Shown here: piece by piece, positions 55,725 through 64,000 of the stretch
Layout of the letters: each line of letters starts with the position of its first letter
Position numbering within the stretch: position 1 is the first letter of the stretch
NCBI GenBank assembly: GCA_963732385.1
Contig: CAVSZB010000005.1
Span: 32,001-96,000, forward strand
Source: an uncultured bacterium
GTDB lineage: Bacteria > Krumholzibacteriota > Krumholzibacteriia > LZORAL124-64-63
Length of the DNA: 64,000 nt
Direction of reading: 5' to 3'
Translations under genes and position numbers: made by a program
Notes under the pieces: generated by a model
What the model saw: the letters and a program-made list of their open reading frames with translations, nothing else
The model's database searches: none
What the model was told of the DNA's origin: nothing

Positions 55725-57221
55725 TTACTTGGCCGCCGCGGGCAGGTCCGCCACCAGCCGCAGCGAAACATTCAACTCCTCGAGCTGGAAGTGCGGTCGC
55801 AGATGCGCCACGGCCCGGTAGCAGCCGGGCCGCGCCTTGTCCTCGACCACCTCGATGCTCGCCTCGCGCAGCGGGAACTTGGCCTTCTGCTCCTGCGTGG
55901 CGTCGTCCTGGTCGAGCACGTAGTGGCTGATCCAGTTGTTCAGGAACGTCTGCACCTGCGAACGCGACGCGAAGGCGCCGATCTTGTCCCGGCAGATCGC
56001 CTTCAGATAGTGCGCGATGCGCGAGGTGGCCATCAGGTACGGCAGGCGCCGCGACAGATCCGCGTTGGCCGAGGCCGCCGCGTCCTGGTAGGTCTTGGGC
56101 CGCTGCGCGGTGTAGCCGCTGAAGAACGCCGCATAGTCGGTGTTCTTGCAGTTGACCAGGCCGATGAAGCCGAGGTCGGACAGCTCCTTGTCGCGCGTGT
56201 CGGGGATCAGCACCTCGGTCGGGCACTTGCTGCCGACGTCGCCCTCGCGCGTCTTGAAGACGTGGATCGGCAGCCCCTCGACCAGGCCGCCACCCTCCGG
56301 TCCGCGGATCGCCACGCACCAGTGGTGACGGGAAAACGCCTCGGTCATGCGCCCCGCCATGGCGTAGGACGCATTGCTCCACAGGTACTTGTCATGGTCG
56401 GCCCCGTCCACGTCCTCCTCGAAGTCGAACGCGTCGACCGGGGTCGTGGCGCGCCCGTAGGGGAGGCGCGCGAGCGTGTGGGGCAGGGTCAGCGCCACGA
56501 AGCGGGCGTCCTCGGAGTCGCGGAACGACAGCCACTTCGTGTTTTCAGGGTTGCTCTTGTCGAAGATCTTGGCCAGGTCGCGCGGGTCGGGCAGCTGGGA
56601 GTAGCTCTCGAGGCCGAACATCTCCGCGCCGGCCGCCGAGATGAACGGCGCATGCGCCGCAGCGGCGACATGCGAGACGTTCTCGAGCAACTCCATGTCC
56701 TGCGGGCCCTTGCCAAACTCGTAGTCCCCCACGAGCAGGCCGTACGGGTCGCCGCCATAGAGGCCGAACTCGTACTCGTAGACCTTCTTCCAGAGCGCGC
56801 TCTCGGTGAACTCGGGCGCCGCCTGGAAGTCACGCAACAGGTCCTTCTTCGAGATGTTCAGCACCCGGACCTTGAGGGTCTCGCTGGTTTCGCTCTTGTG
56901 CACCATCTGGTGCAGCCCGCGCCACGACGCTTCGAGTTTCTGGAACGGCTCGGCGTGGATGATCTCGTTGAGCTGCTGCGAAATCAGCGCGTCGATGGCG
57001 GCGATACGCTGGTTGACCGTCCGGGTGACCCCCTTGGCCACCACCGTACCGGGATCGAGGAGCTGGCCGACGAGCGTCTTGATGAGCTGCTCGCCGTACT
57101 CCCGCGCGGTCTCGTCGCGCGGCTTGATGCCGGTGGCGAGGATCTCCTTCAGGACATCCGCGCCATCGAGCTGGACGAGCTCTTTGGCCGGGATCGGCTT
57201 CGATTTCCTGGACTCTGCCAT
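55725..57221 (-). CDS. tssC: T6SS contractile sheath large subunit TssC
   Basis: FQKLEASWRGL, AAAAHAPFI, YLWSNA, IRGPEGGG, KCPTE, LRPHFQLEEL. Confidence 0.98.
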   Translation of the reverse strand: MAESRKSKPIPAKELVQLDGADVLKEILATGIKPRDETAREYGEQLIKTLVGQLLDPGTVVAKGVTRTVNQRIAAIDALISQQLNEIIHAEPFQKLEASWRGLHQMVHKSETSETLKVRVLNISKKDLLRDFQAAPEFTESALWKKVYEYEFGLYGGDPYGLLVGDYEFGKGPQDMELLENVSHVAAAAHAPFISAAGAEMFGLESYSQLPDPRDLAKIFDKSNPENTKWLSFRDSEDARFVALTLPHTLARLPYGRATTPVDAFDFEEDVDGADHDKYLWSNASYAMAGRMTEAFSRHHWCVAIRGPEGGGLVEGLPIHVFKTREGDVGSKCPTEVLIPDTRDKELSDLGFIGLVNCKNTDYAAFFSGYTAQRPKTYQDAAASANADLSRRLPYLMATSRIAHYLKAICRDKIGAFASRSQVQTFLNNWISHYVLDQDDATQEQKAKFPLREASIEVVEDKARPGCYRAVAHLRPHFQLEELNVSLRLVADLPAAAK

Positions 57222-57222
57222 G

Positions 57223-57753
57223 TTACTTCGCCTCCCCGTCGCCGGCGCCGCCCGGCTGCCCGGCGTCCAGCGCGCCCCGGAGCTTCTCGCGCAGTTCCTT
57301 GTTGTCCATGATCGTCTCGAGCAGCTCCTCGAGCCGGTCATTCCCCTCGGTCTTGCTCAGCAAGGCCTTGAGCTGCGTGCGGATCTCGAGAAGATCGTTG
57401 AGCGGCTTCACCTGCCGCACGACGTTCTCGGGCTGGAAGTCCGCCATCTTCTCGAAGTTCAGCTCCACCGACAGCTCGCTGCCGTCGTCGGCCAGCTGGT
57501 TCGGGACCTTGTAGGCGAGCCGCGGCTGCATGCTCTTGAGGACCGAATCGAAATTGTCGGGATCGACATCGACGAACTTGCGATCCTTCGGCTTGGCCAA
57601 CGGGGTCCTGGGCTGCCCTGAAAGGTCGGACATCACCCCGACGACGAAGGGCAGCTCCTTCATCGTCGGCACGCCGTTAAGCTCCACCTCGTAGGAGATG
57701 TGCACACGCGGCGGCCGCACCCGCTCCTTCTTCTTGTAGATGCTCTCACCCAT
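57223..57753 (-). CDS. tssB: T6SS contractile sheath small subunit TssB
   Basis: RPPRVHISYEV, ELPFVVGVMSDLSG, RKFVDVD.DNFD, DFQPENV. Confidence 0.98.
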   Translation of the reverse strand: MGESIYKKKERVRPPRVHISYEVELNGVPTMKELPFVVGVMSDLSGQPRTPLAKPKDRKFVDVDPDNFDSVLKSMQPRLAYKVPNQLADDGSELSVELNFEKMADFQPENVVRQVKPLNDLLEIRTQLKALLSKTEGNDRLEELLETIMDNKELREKLRGALDAGQPGGAGDGEAK

Positions 57754-57768
57754 CTTGGTCCCTCCCTC

Positions 57769-58857
57769 TCAGGCGTCCCCGGGGGGCTGCAGGCCCAGCA
57801 GGTCCTGCACCTGGCCCCGCACGTCCTCGTTCTTGACGAAATCCCTGAACAGCGACTCGAACGGCAGATCTCCCCACTTGACGGCGCGCTCGATCAGCAG
57901 AGCGACCGGGCTGTGCGGCTCGGTGCGGCGCAGAAATTCGGCCACGACGCGCAACTGCCGATAGGCCTGCTCGCGCGTGGCGATCGGCCCCGCGGCGGTT
58001 GCGACCCCGCCCCCGCCCCCGCCGGGCGACGACGCGCCGGGCGATGCCCCGGCCGACATCGCGGCAGCGGCTCCGTCGACCGGCTGGTCGCCGCTGCCAG
58101 CCTGATCCAGCTGCGCCTGGCACGCCTCGAGCAGATTGCGCAGGTCGAGCAGGTGCGGCGCCTCGGGTCCGAATTTCGACTCGCAGGCGTCGCCAAGAGC
58201 CGTCAGTTCGGCGGCGCAGGCCGCGATCGCCTCGCGCAGCGCCGCCAGCCGGACAGGCGGCGTCCGGCCCAGCGCCGTGCGCCACTGCTCGCCGGTGATC
58301 AGGCCGGCGTCGATCATCTCCTGGTACTGCTGACGGTCGGACCGCCGTGCCGCCTCTTCGACCCGACGCGACTGCTCGAAGTCGAACAGGCTGCGCGGCG
58401 AGTCCCCCGGCGCTCCGGCCAGGGGGATCTGACGGACCGCGGTCAGGAAGTCGCGCGAGGCGCCGAGCCAGGCCAGCGGCCGGGCCCGGATCGCCAGGTC
58501 GATCCCGTCCTCGTCGCAGCCCGGATAGAGGGTGTCCCAGAAGCGGTCGATCAGCTCCCGGATCAGCCGCAACCCCGCGGCCAGCCCCGGGAACCCCTCC
58601 GTGCGCGCCAGCGCCAGGGTGAGCGTGGCGGCAAGCTCCAGGTCCTTGCTCCGCTCGCGCAGGGCGGCGGTGCTCTCGCGCAGCACGGCCGGCCAGTCGG
58701 CGTTGCGGCCCTGCCCCTCGGGATCGGTCGTCGCATCGACTTCCCGGCGCAGCTCCGCGAGGCGGCGGAAGGTCGTGTCGCCCGCGATCAGGCGCAGATC
58801 GACGCCGGCCGGATGCTCGGCGGAAATGGGCAGCAGGAAACTCTCGAGATCAACCAT
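57769..58857 (-). CDS. tssA: T6SS protein TssA (ImpA N-terminal domain)
   Basis: LLPISAEHPAGVDLR, SKDL, GL.L...FWDTLYP; C-terminal TREQAY..L..VAEFLRRTEPHSPV. Confidence 0.95.
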   Translation of the reverse strand: MVDLESFLLPISAEHPAGVDLRLIAGDTTFRRLAELRREVDATTDPEGQGRNADWPAVLRESTAALRERSKDLELAATLTLALARTEGFPGLAAGLRLIRELIDRFWDTLYPGCDEDGIDLAIRARPLAWLGASRDFLTAVRQIPLAGAPGDSPRSLFDFEQSRRVEEAARRSDRQQYQEMIDAGLITGEQWRTALGRTPPVRLAALREAIAACAAELTALGDACESKFGPEAPHLLDLRNLLEACQAQLDQAGSGDQPVDGAAAAMSAGASPGASSPGGGGGGVATAAGPIATREQAYRQLRVVAEFLRRTEPHSPVALLIERAVKWGDLPFESLFRDFVKNEDVRGQVQDLLGLQPPGDA

Positions 58858-59043
58858 GGCGGAACGGCCGGATCTTGTCGTGCACCCTTTACCTGACGCG
58901 GTCGGCGCAGCACAAACCGCGACGTGGCGCTCGGACGACCCGCCGGCACCCCCCTTGTGCCGCGCAGCTTAGCCGCCTCGATACCATGAGTCAACCCGCG
59001 GCTTGGCGCCGTTCAGGAGCCTTCAAATCGCGCCCCGGCAGCC

Positions 59044-59072
59044 TTGTGCATCCCCCGCGCCTGTCCTATCCT
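59044..59072 (+). promoter_or_regulatory. Possible sigma70 promoter giving a near-leaderless MATE transcript
   Basis: TTGTGC-17 nt-TATCCT ends 9 nt before ATG 59082; no SD sequence visible. Confidence 0.3.
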
Positions 59073-59081
59073 CCTGCGTCC

Positions 59082-60530
59082 ATGTCCAGTGAATACGCAC
59101 ATCCGGCCAGCCGCCCCACCGTGCGGTCGCTCCTGACCGTCCACCACGGACGCGAAATCTCGCGCCTGGCGTACCCGACCATCCTCACGATGCTCTCGCA
59201 GACCCTCATGTGGACGATCGACACGGCGCTGCTCGGCCGCGTGTCGAGCACGGCGCTGGCGGCCGCGGGCCTGGGCGGGATGATCACCTGGGCCGGCTAC
59301 AGCCTCTGCAACCAGCTCAGCCGCATCACCGGCACGTTCGTGGCGCAGGCGCACGGCAAGGGGGACGACGAGGCGGTCGGCGACTACGTCTGGCAGGGGA
59401 TCTGGCTGGCGCTGACCGGCGGCCTCGTCCTGCAGGCGATCGGTTATTTCAGCTACCTCGGCCTGCCGCTGACCCGCAACCCGGCCGAGGTGCAGACGCT
59501 CGCCTACACCTACATCAAGTGGCGCTCGGCCAGCGCCGTCGGCACGCAGCTCTCGTTCGCCCTGATGGGCTTCTTCCAGGGTCGCCGCGACGTGCACGTG
59601 CCGATGTGGGCCGGCGTCGTGGCCAACGTGATGAACCTGGTGCTCGACCTCTGGCTGATCTTCGGCTGGTCCGGCTTCGAGCTGGGCGGCCACCGCTGGC
59701 TCGCCATGGCGCCGCACGGCGTGGCGGGCGCCGCCATCGCCACGAGCGTGAGCATCTTCGCCAACGCCGCGATCCTGGCCGCCTGGCTCTGGCTACCCCG
59801 GATGCACCGCCTGCGCTACCGGATCCATGTGCCGCGCCGTCCCCGCCCCCGCGAGATCCGCGACCTGGTGCGCGTGGGCAGCCCCTCCGCCGGCGAGAAC
59901 TTCATCGACATGGCGTCGTTCGTGGTCTTCAGCTCCCTGATCGGCCGGGCCGGAGCCGCCCAGCTCGCCGCCAGCCAGATCACGATCAACCTGCTGTCGT
60001 TCTCGTTCATGCCGATCTGGGGCCTGACGATCGCCGGCTCCGTGCTGGTCGGCAACTGGATCGGCGCCGGCAACCCCGAAGCCGCCGAGCGCTACGGACG
60101 GCAGGTCTACAAGCTGGGCGTCTACTACACCCTCGCCCTGGGCGCCCTGCTCGTGCTGCTGCGCGGCCAGCTGTTCCGCGTCTTCACCCCCGACCCCGCC
60201 GTGATCGCCCTCGGCTCCGGTCTCGCCCTCGTGGCCGCCGCCTTCCAGTTCGGCGACGGCCTGCGCATGATCGGCGGCGGCCTCCTCAACGGCGCCGGCG
60301 ACACCCGCTTCCCCATGATCCAGAGCCTGTTCGTGCTGTGGGGCCTCTTCCTGCCGCTGACCTGGTGGATCATCGTCCGCCAGGGGGGAGACGTGCGCGC
60401 CGCCTGGCTCGGCGGCGCCGTGATCTACCTGCTGCAGGCGGCGGGGCTGTGGTGGCGGGTCAGATCGGGGAAGTGGAAAAGGGTGCGCATCTTTACGGCG
60501 CGGCCGGACGGCGACGCGCCTGCCTCCTAG
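59082..60530 (+). CDS. MATE-family efflux transporter
   Basis: LAYPTIL...IDTALLGR...LAAAGLG; VAQAHG; GVAGAAIAT; LAASQI; GAGDTR; about 12 TM helices. Confidence 0.93.
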   Translation: MSSEYAHPASRPTVRSLLTVHHGREISRLAYPTILTMLSQTLMWTIDTALLGRVSSTALAAAGLGGMITWAGYSLCNQLSRITGTFVAQAHGKGDDEAVGDYVWQGIWLALTGGLVLQAIGYFSYLGLPLTRNPAEVQTLAYTYIKWRSASAVGTQLSFALMGFFQGRRDVHVPMWAGVVANVMNLVLDLWLIFGWSGFELGGHRWLAMAPHGVAGAAIATSVSIFANAAILAAWLWLPRMHRLRYRIHVPRRPRPREIRDLVRVGSPSAGENFIDMASFVVFSSLIGRAGAAQLAASQITINLLSFSFMPIWGLTIAGSVLVGNWIGAGNPEAAERYGRQVYKLGVYYTLALGALLVLLRGQLFRVFTPDPAVIALGSGLALVAAAFQFGDGLRMIGGGLLNGAGDTRFPMIQSLFVLWGLFLPLTWWIIVRQGGDVRAAWLGGAVIYLLQAAGLWWRVRSGKWKRVRIFTARPDGDAPAS

Positions 60531-60641
60531 CACGGGGATCCTCGGCCGAGGCTCCGTGCGCGACAGGGCAGAGCGAGAGAGAGCGGCGGCCAGCCCGCCG
60601 GTTGCGCAATACCGCCACGTGCCCCGGCCTCGCCGCCGCCA

Positions 60642-63600
60642 TCATTTGACCAAAGTCATGCGCCTCGTCTCGCCGAACGAGTCGGCCTCCATACGGCAGA
60701 CGTACACGCCCGAGGCCACCTGCTGCCCGTGGTCGCCCGTCCCGTCCCATTGGATCTCGTGACTCCCGGCGGCCCTCACCTCGTTCATGAGCACGCGGAC
60801 CAGATGGCCACTCAGGTCATATACGGCCAGCCGAACCGGTCCGGTCCGGGGCAGCGTGAAACAGATCGTCGTCAGGGGATTGAACGGGTTGGGGCGCGCC
60901 GTCTCGAGCACGAGGCCGTCGGGAGCCGGGCGGTCCGGCGCCGCGGTCACCTTCTGCAGGGTGAAGCGCTGGCTGCGGACGTATACCACGTGGCCTGCGG
61001 TATCGATGACCCGCAGGCGCAGGACCGCCTCCTCAGAGGACGCCATCGGGACGGTCCAGAAGTACCGCTCACCCTTGATCTCCTCCGGGGTCAGATCGGT
61101 GTCGATCGGGACGTAGGTCGCGCCGGCGTCGAGCGAGTAGTCGAGCCGGCCGCTCTGGGCCGCCGGCGGTCCGCCGTCGTACAGCTCCCAGCGGATCGAA
61201 TAGACCGTCCCCTCCACCAGCACGTTGCCGCGGAGGGGGGCCAGGAAGTAGATGCCGAAAAGGCTGGGATCGATCGTGATCGGGCCGTGGGTGAGAACCG
61301 TGCTGCCCAGTCCGGCCACGTCCACGCCCCGCACGTGGAAGTAGTTGGCCCCCTCCTTGCCAAGGGTGCTGGTGGCCGTCAGGTCCGTGGTCTCGACGGT
61401 GTTGTCGAGGGTGACCGGCGGCGTGGCGCCCCCGCCGACCAGGTAGGAGTAGCCGGCGACCCCGCTGGTGGCGTCGGTCGAGGGCAGCCAGTCGATCGAC
61501 AGCTGCGTCGGGCCCAGCGTCTGGCCGCCGTCGAGCGTCGCGTAGTCATAGCCTGGCGCCGTCGGCGGCGCCATGTCGATCCAGAACGGACCCAGGTGCA
61601 GGGTTTCCGCGGCGTAGTTGCCCGCGTAGTCGACGGTCCGCACGTGGAACCAGTGGTCGTTCCCGTCGGGCAGCGGCGGGCTCGTCTCCGCAGTGAACTC
61701 GCCGTAGGTCGTCACGACCGTCGGCGCGGTCGCCGCTGACCGGTCCCACAGGGTGGCGTACTGCGGCCAGGAACCGGCGCAGTTGTCGTAGCCCCAGTTC
61801 CACTGCGCGCTGACCGTGTTGTCGGTGGTCGACCAGACCCCCACCGTGTGCGAGCTGCTGGTCAGGCTCGTGGGATTCGTGGGCGGCTCGAGGTCGAGGC
61901 TGAAGCTCCAGCAGGAGGTCCAGTCGCTGACCAGGCCGCACTCGTGGAAAGCGCGGACCCGCCAGTAGTAGACGAGGCCCGACTGCAGCCCGGACGGCGT
62001 ATAGGTGTTGGACGTGGTTGTGCCGACACTGCCGACCCCGCAGCTCGTGCCGATCTGTACCTCGTAGTGGTCCCAGTCGTCGATATGGTTCCAGCTCAGA
62101 ACGGTACTTGACGATCCGCAGGCCGTGCCGTCGCCAGGGCCGATGCGGACAGGGGCCGCGACGAGCACGGGTGCGGTCTTGAACGTCCAGCAGAAGCCGG
62201 GCGTGCTGCTCCAGTCGGTCGTCTGCCCGCAGACGGTGTGGGCCCGCACGCGCCAGTAGTAGGTGGTGTTGGGCAGCAGACCCGGCATGGCCAGAGTCGT
62301 GCCGGTGATTCCCGTGGTGATGCTCCCCTCATAGCAATAGACCGGGCTGAGCTGGAGGTCGTAGGTGGCCGCGTCGGGCAGGGGCGACCAGTCGAGAACG
62401 AAGCGCGATCCGCCCTGGCAATGCTCGCCGTCATCCGGGCTGACCACCGTACTGACCACCGCGGGATTGGGCGCCGTGCGGAAGGAACGGCACGCGCTCC
62501 AGACGCCCCAGTCGCCACAGTCGGCGCGCGTGCGCACGCGCCAGTAGTAGGTCGTCCCGAGCGATAGCCCGTACCAGCTGTGGGAAGTCATCGAGGTTTC
62601 GACGACCGTCCCCCCGTCGCAGGACTCGCCCACCTGGAGCTGGTAGTCGGCGTACGGCGCCACGGGATTCCAGGTGAACAGCACGTCCGGCGCGACGCAG
62701 ATCTGCCCGTCGATCGGCATGCCGAGGGCCGGCGGCCAGGCAGGAGGGCAGATCACGACGATTTGGTGGGCGTTCCAGCCGTTGCCGGTGTTGTTGGCGT
62801 TGTTCCAGTCCGGAGCCACCAGGCTCACGATGACGAAGTAGGTGCCGCTTTGCGTGACGGGGGGGATCAGCGGCGGCACGTCGGCCGTGATCCTCGCCCC
62901 GCTCTGCGGCGCGAAGGTGCGCACGAAACTGCCGGGTCCCATGTCGACGTCGTCCATCGACCAGCTGTCATCGGTGGACAGGTAGGCGCGATACGTCCAG
63001 GTCCCGCTGACTGCCGCGGACGAGTAGTTGAAGACCGCGAAATCGAGCCAGGCCATGCGGTTGCCGGACTCGATCTCCTCCGGACCGTTGGCGTCCATGA
63101 CGATGAGATCCGGCTCCGGCGGCGTGTCCTCGGCGATCATCTGCCCGATCTGGGCGAACTTGGTTTCGGTCACCTTGCAGTCGACCGTGACCGTGGAACG
63201 ATCGCTCGTCGAGAGGACGGCGTAGATGGCCCCCGTCGTCGTCTTCAGGGCTCCCGAGCCGCTCGTGCCGCCCCAGGTGGGACCGTCCCAGCTCGCGCGG
63301 TTGTCCCAGCCGTCCTGGCTGCAGTCGTCGAAGGAGCCGGCGTTCTCGTACATCAGCTCGCCGGTGTAGGGAGCCTCGGCCGGGTACCCCTCGTGCCGCC
63401 AGATACTGCTTTCCCAGGAGTCGCAGTCGTTGTCGTAGCCCCAGCCCCACCAGCCGGTCAGGGCGCCGATGGGGTGGTCGAGGTCGATGACCGCCACGTC
63501 GTGGTCGTAGTCGTAGTCCTCGGTCCAGAGCGTCCAGACATGGATCTGGGCTTCCCTCGCGGTGCCGAACGGCCTCTGCCCCTGCTCGTAGCCCGGAATC

Positions 63601-64000
63601 ACCTGGACCGAGTCGATGAAGGCGGAGAGATCCTGTTTGTAGACGCAGTGCGCCGCCGTGAGGACGTGCTGGGGGTCGATCAGGGTGCCGGAGCAATGGC
63701 CCCCGGATGTGTTGCCGCCATAGTAGAGGAACAGCTTGACCCGCCGCGGGTAATATCCGATCGCGGGATTGGCCACTTCGCTCCAGGTGGAGAAGTTCTT
63801 GGCCACCCCCTCGGGGTCGTCGAGCAGCTGGTCGATGCCGAACCCTGCGCGGGTGTAGGGCTCGATCAGCCCCTTCAGGCCGTCGACGCTCCGCTCCCTG
63901 ACGAGACCGGTGGCGCGATCCAGCGTCAGGATGCGGCTCTCGTCCTCCGGCGCGCCGGGCGCGCGGCGCGGCGGCGGCGGCGGCTCCATCGGCATGAGCG
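60642..64000 (-). CDS. Large secreted trypsin-like (V8-type) serine protease with Ig/CARDB-like, FN3-like repeats and FlgD Ig C-terminal domain; 5' end outside the window
   Basis: CSGTLI...LTAAHC, HDVAV, GGTSGS catalytic triad; three YYWRVR repeats; C-terminal RPNPFNPLT...WDG...ASGVY. Confidence 0.9.
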   Translation of the reverse strand, partial: LMPMEPPPPPRRAPGAPEDESRILTLDRATGLVRERSVDGLKGLIEPYTRAGFGIDQLLDDPEGVAKNFSTWSEVANPAIGYYPRRVKLFLYYGGNTSGGHCSGTLIDPQHVLTAAHCVYKQDLSAFIDSVQVIPGYEQGQRPFGTAREAQIHVWTLWTEDYDYDHDVAVIDLDHPIGALTGWWGWGYDNDCDSWESSIWRHEGYPAEAPYTGELMYENAGSFDDCSQDGWDNRASWDGPTWGGTSGSGALKTTTGAIYAVLSTSDRSTVTVDCKVTETKFAQIGQMIAEDTPPEPDLIVMDANGPEEIESGNRMAWLDFAVFNYSSAAVSGTWTYRAYLSTDDSWSMDDVDMGPGSFVRTFAPQSGARITADVPPLIPPVTQSGTYFVIVSLVAPDWNNANNTGNGWNAHQIVVICPPAWPPALGMPIDGQICVAPDVLFTWNPVAPYADYQLQVGESCDGGTVVETSMTSHSWYGLSLGTTYYWRVRTRADCGDWGVWSACRSFRTAPNPAVVSTVVSPDDGEHCQGGSRFVLDWSPLPDAATYDLQLSPVYCYEGSITTGITGTTLAMPGLLPNTTYYWRVRAHTVCGQTTDWSSTPGFCWTFKTAPVLVAAPVRIGPGDGTACGSSSTVLSWNHIDDWDHYEVQIGTSCGVGSVGTTTSNTYTPSGLQSGLVYYWRVRAFHECGLVSDWTSCWSFSLDLEPPTNPTSLTSSSHTVGVWSTTDNTVSAQWNWGYDNCAGSWPQYATLWDRSAATAPTVVTTYGEFTAETSPPLPDGNDHWFHVRTVDYAGNYAAETLHLGPFWIDMAPPTAPGYDYATLDGGQTLGPTQLSIDWLPSTDATSGVAGYSYLVGGGATPPVTLDNTVETTDLTATSTLGKEGANYFHVRGVDVAGLGSTVLTHGPITIDPSLFGIYFLAPLRGNVLVEGTVYSIRWELYDGGPPAAQSGRLDYSLDAGATYVPIDTDLTPEEIKGERYFWTVPMASSEEAVLRLRVIDTAGHVVYVRSQRFTLQKVTAAPDRPAPDGLVLETARPNPFNPLTTICFTLPRTGPVRLAVYDLSGHLVRVLMNEVRAAGSHEIQWDGTGDHGQQVASGVYVCRMEADSFGETRRMTLVK

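Noticed and set aside
43044..58857. Prophage tail or extracellular contractile injection system (LysM, gp25 and spike genes)
   Set aside because: ClpV, TssA, split TssB/TssC and TssJLM identify a T6SS; there are no capsid, terminase or Afp-type genes.
58944..58962. Sigma54 promoter upstream of tssA
   Set aside because: The GG-to-GC spacing is 12 nt rather than 10. It is only a short inverted repeat (CGGCAC-N7-GTGCCG) of unknown meaning.

Overview
A high-GC bacterial window. Two secreted proteins carry FlgD-Ig/'PNPFNP' C-terminal sorting domains, which suggests an FCB-group lineage such as Latescibacterota, Krumholzibacteriota or Eisenbacteria (inference). The window holds a complete proteobacterial-type (T6SS-i) type VI secretion system split into two minus-strand blocks. 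Block one (43.0-58.9 kb) is tssA-B-C-hcp-tagJ-tssE-F-G-clpV-vgrG plus cargo genes. Block two (3.4-19.9 kb) is tssJ-K-L-M, preceded by a phospho-signalling cassette of two paralogous Ser/Thr kinases, a PP2C phosphatase and three FHA proteins, one fused to a lytic transglycosylase. A convergent plus-strand operon (34.3-43.0 kb) encodes PAAR, DUF2169, a 1029-aa phospholipase D, a metzincin protease with a HEAT-repeat lipoprotein, and part of a family of four peptidoglycan-binding proteins whose middle domain resembles the VgrG C-terminal extension. Between the blocks lie a lower-GC defence-like island (HEPN-like gene, DUF262 + RelA/SpoT synthetase pair, AlbA_2-ATPase flanked by a 453-bp direct repeat, AbiEii pair), rsgA, and a split B12 methionine-synthase operon with a non-pyrrolysine MttB. 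The edges hold aroA (partial), a MATE transporter and a large secreted serine protease (partial). Three genes are frameshifted, most likely by sequencing indels. No rRNA, tRNA or CRISPR array was recognised. All calls are motif recognition by eye; no searches were run.
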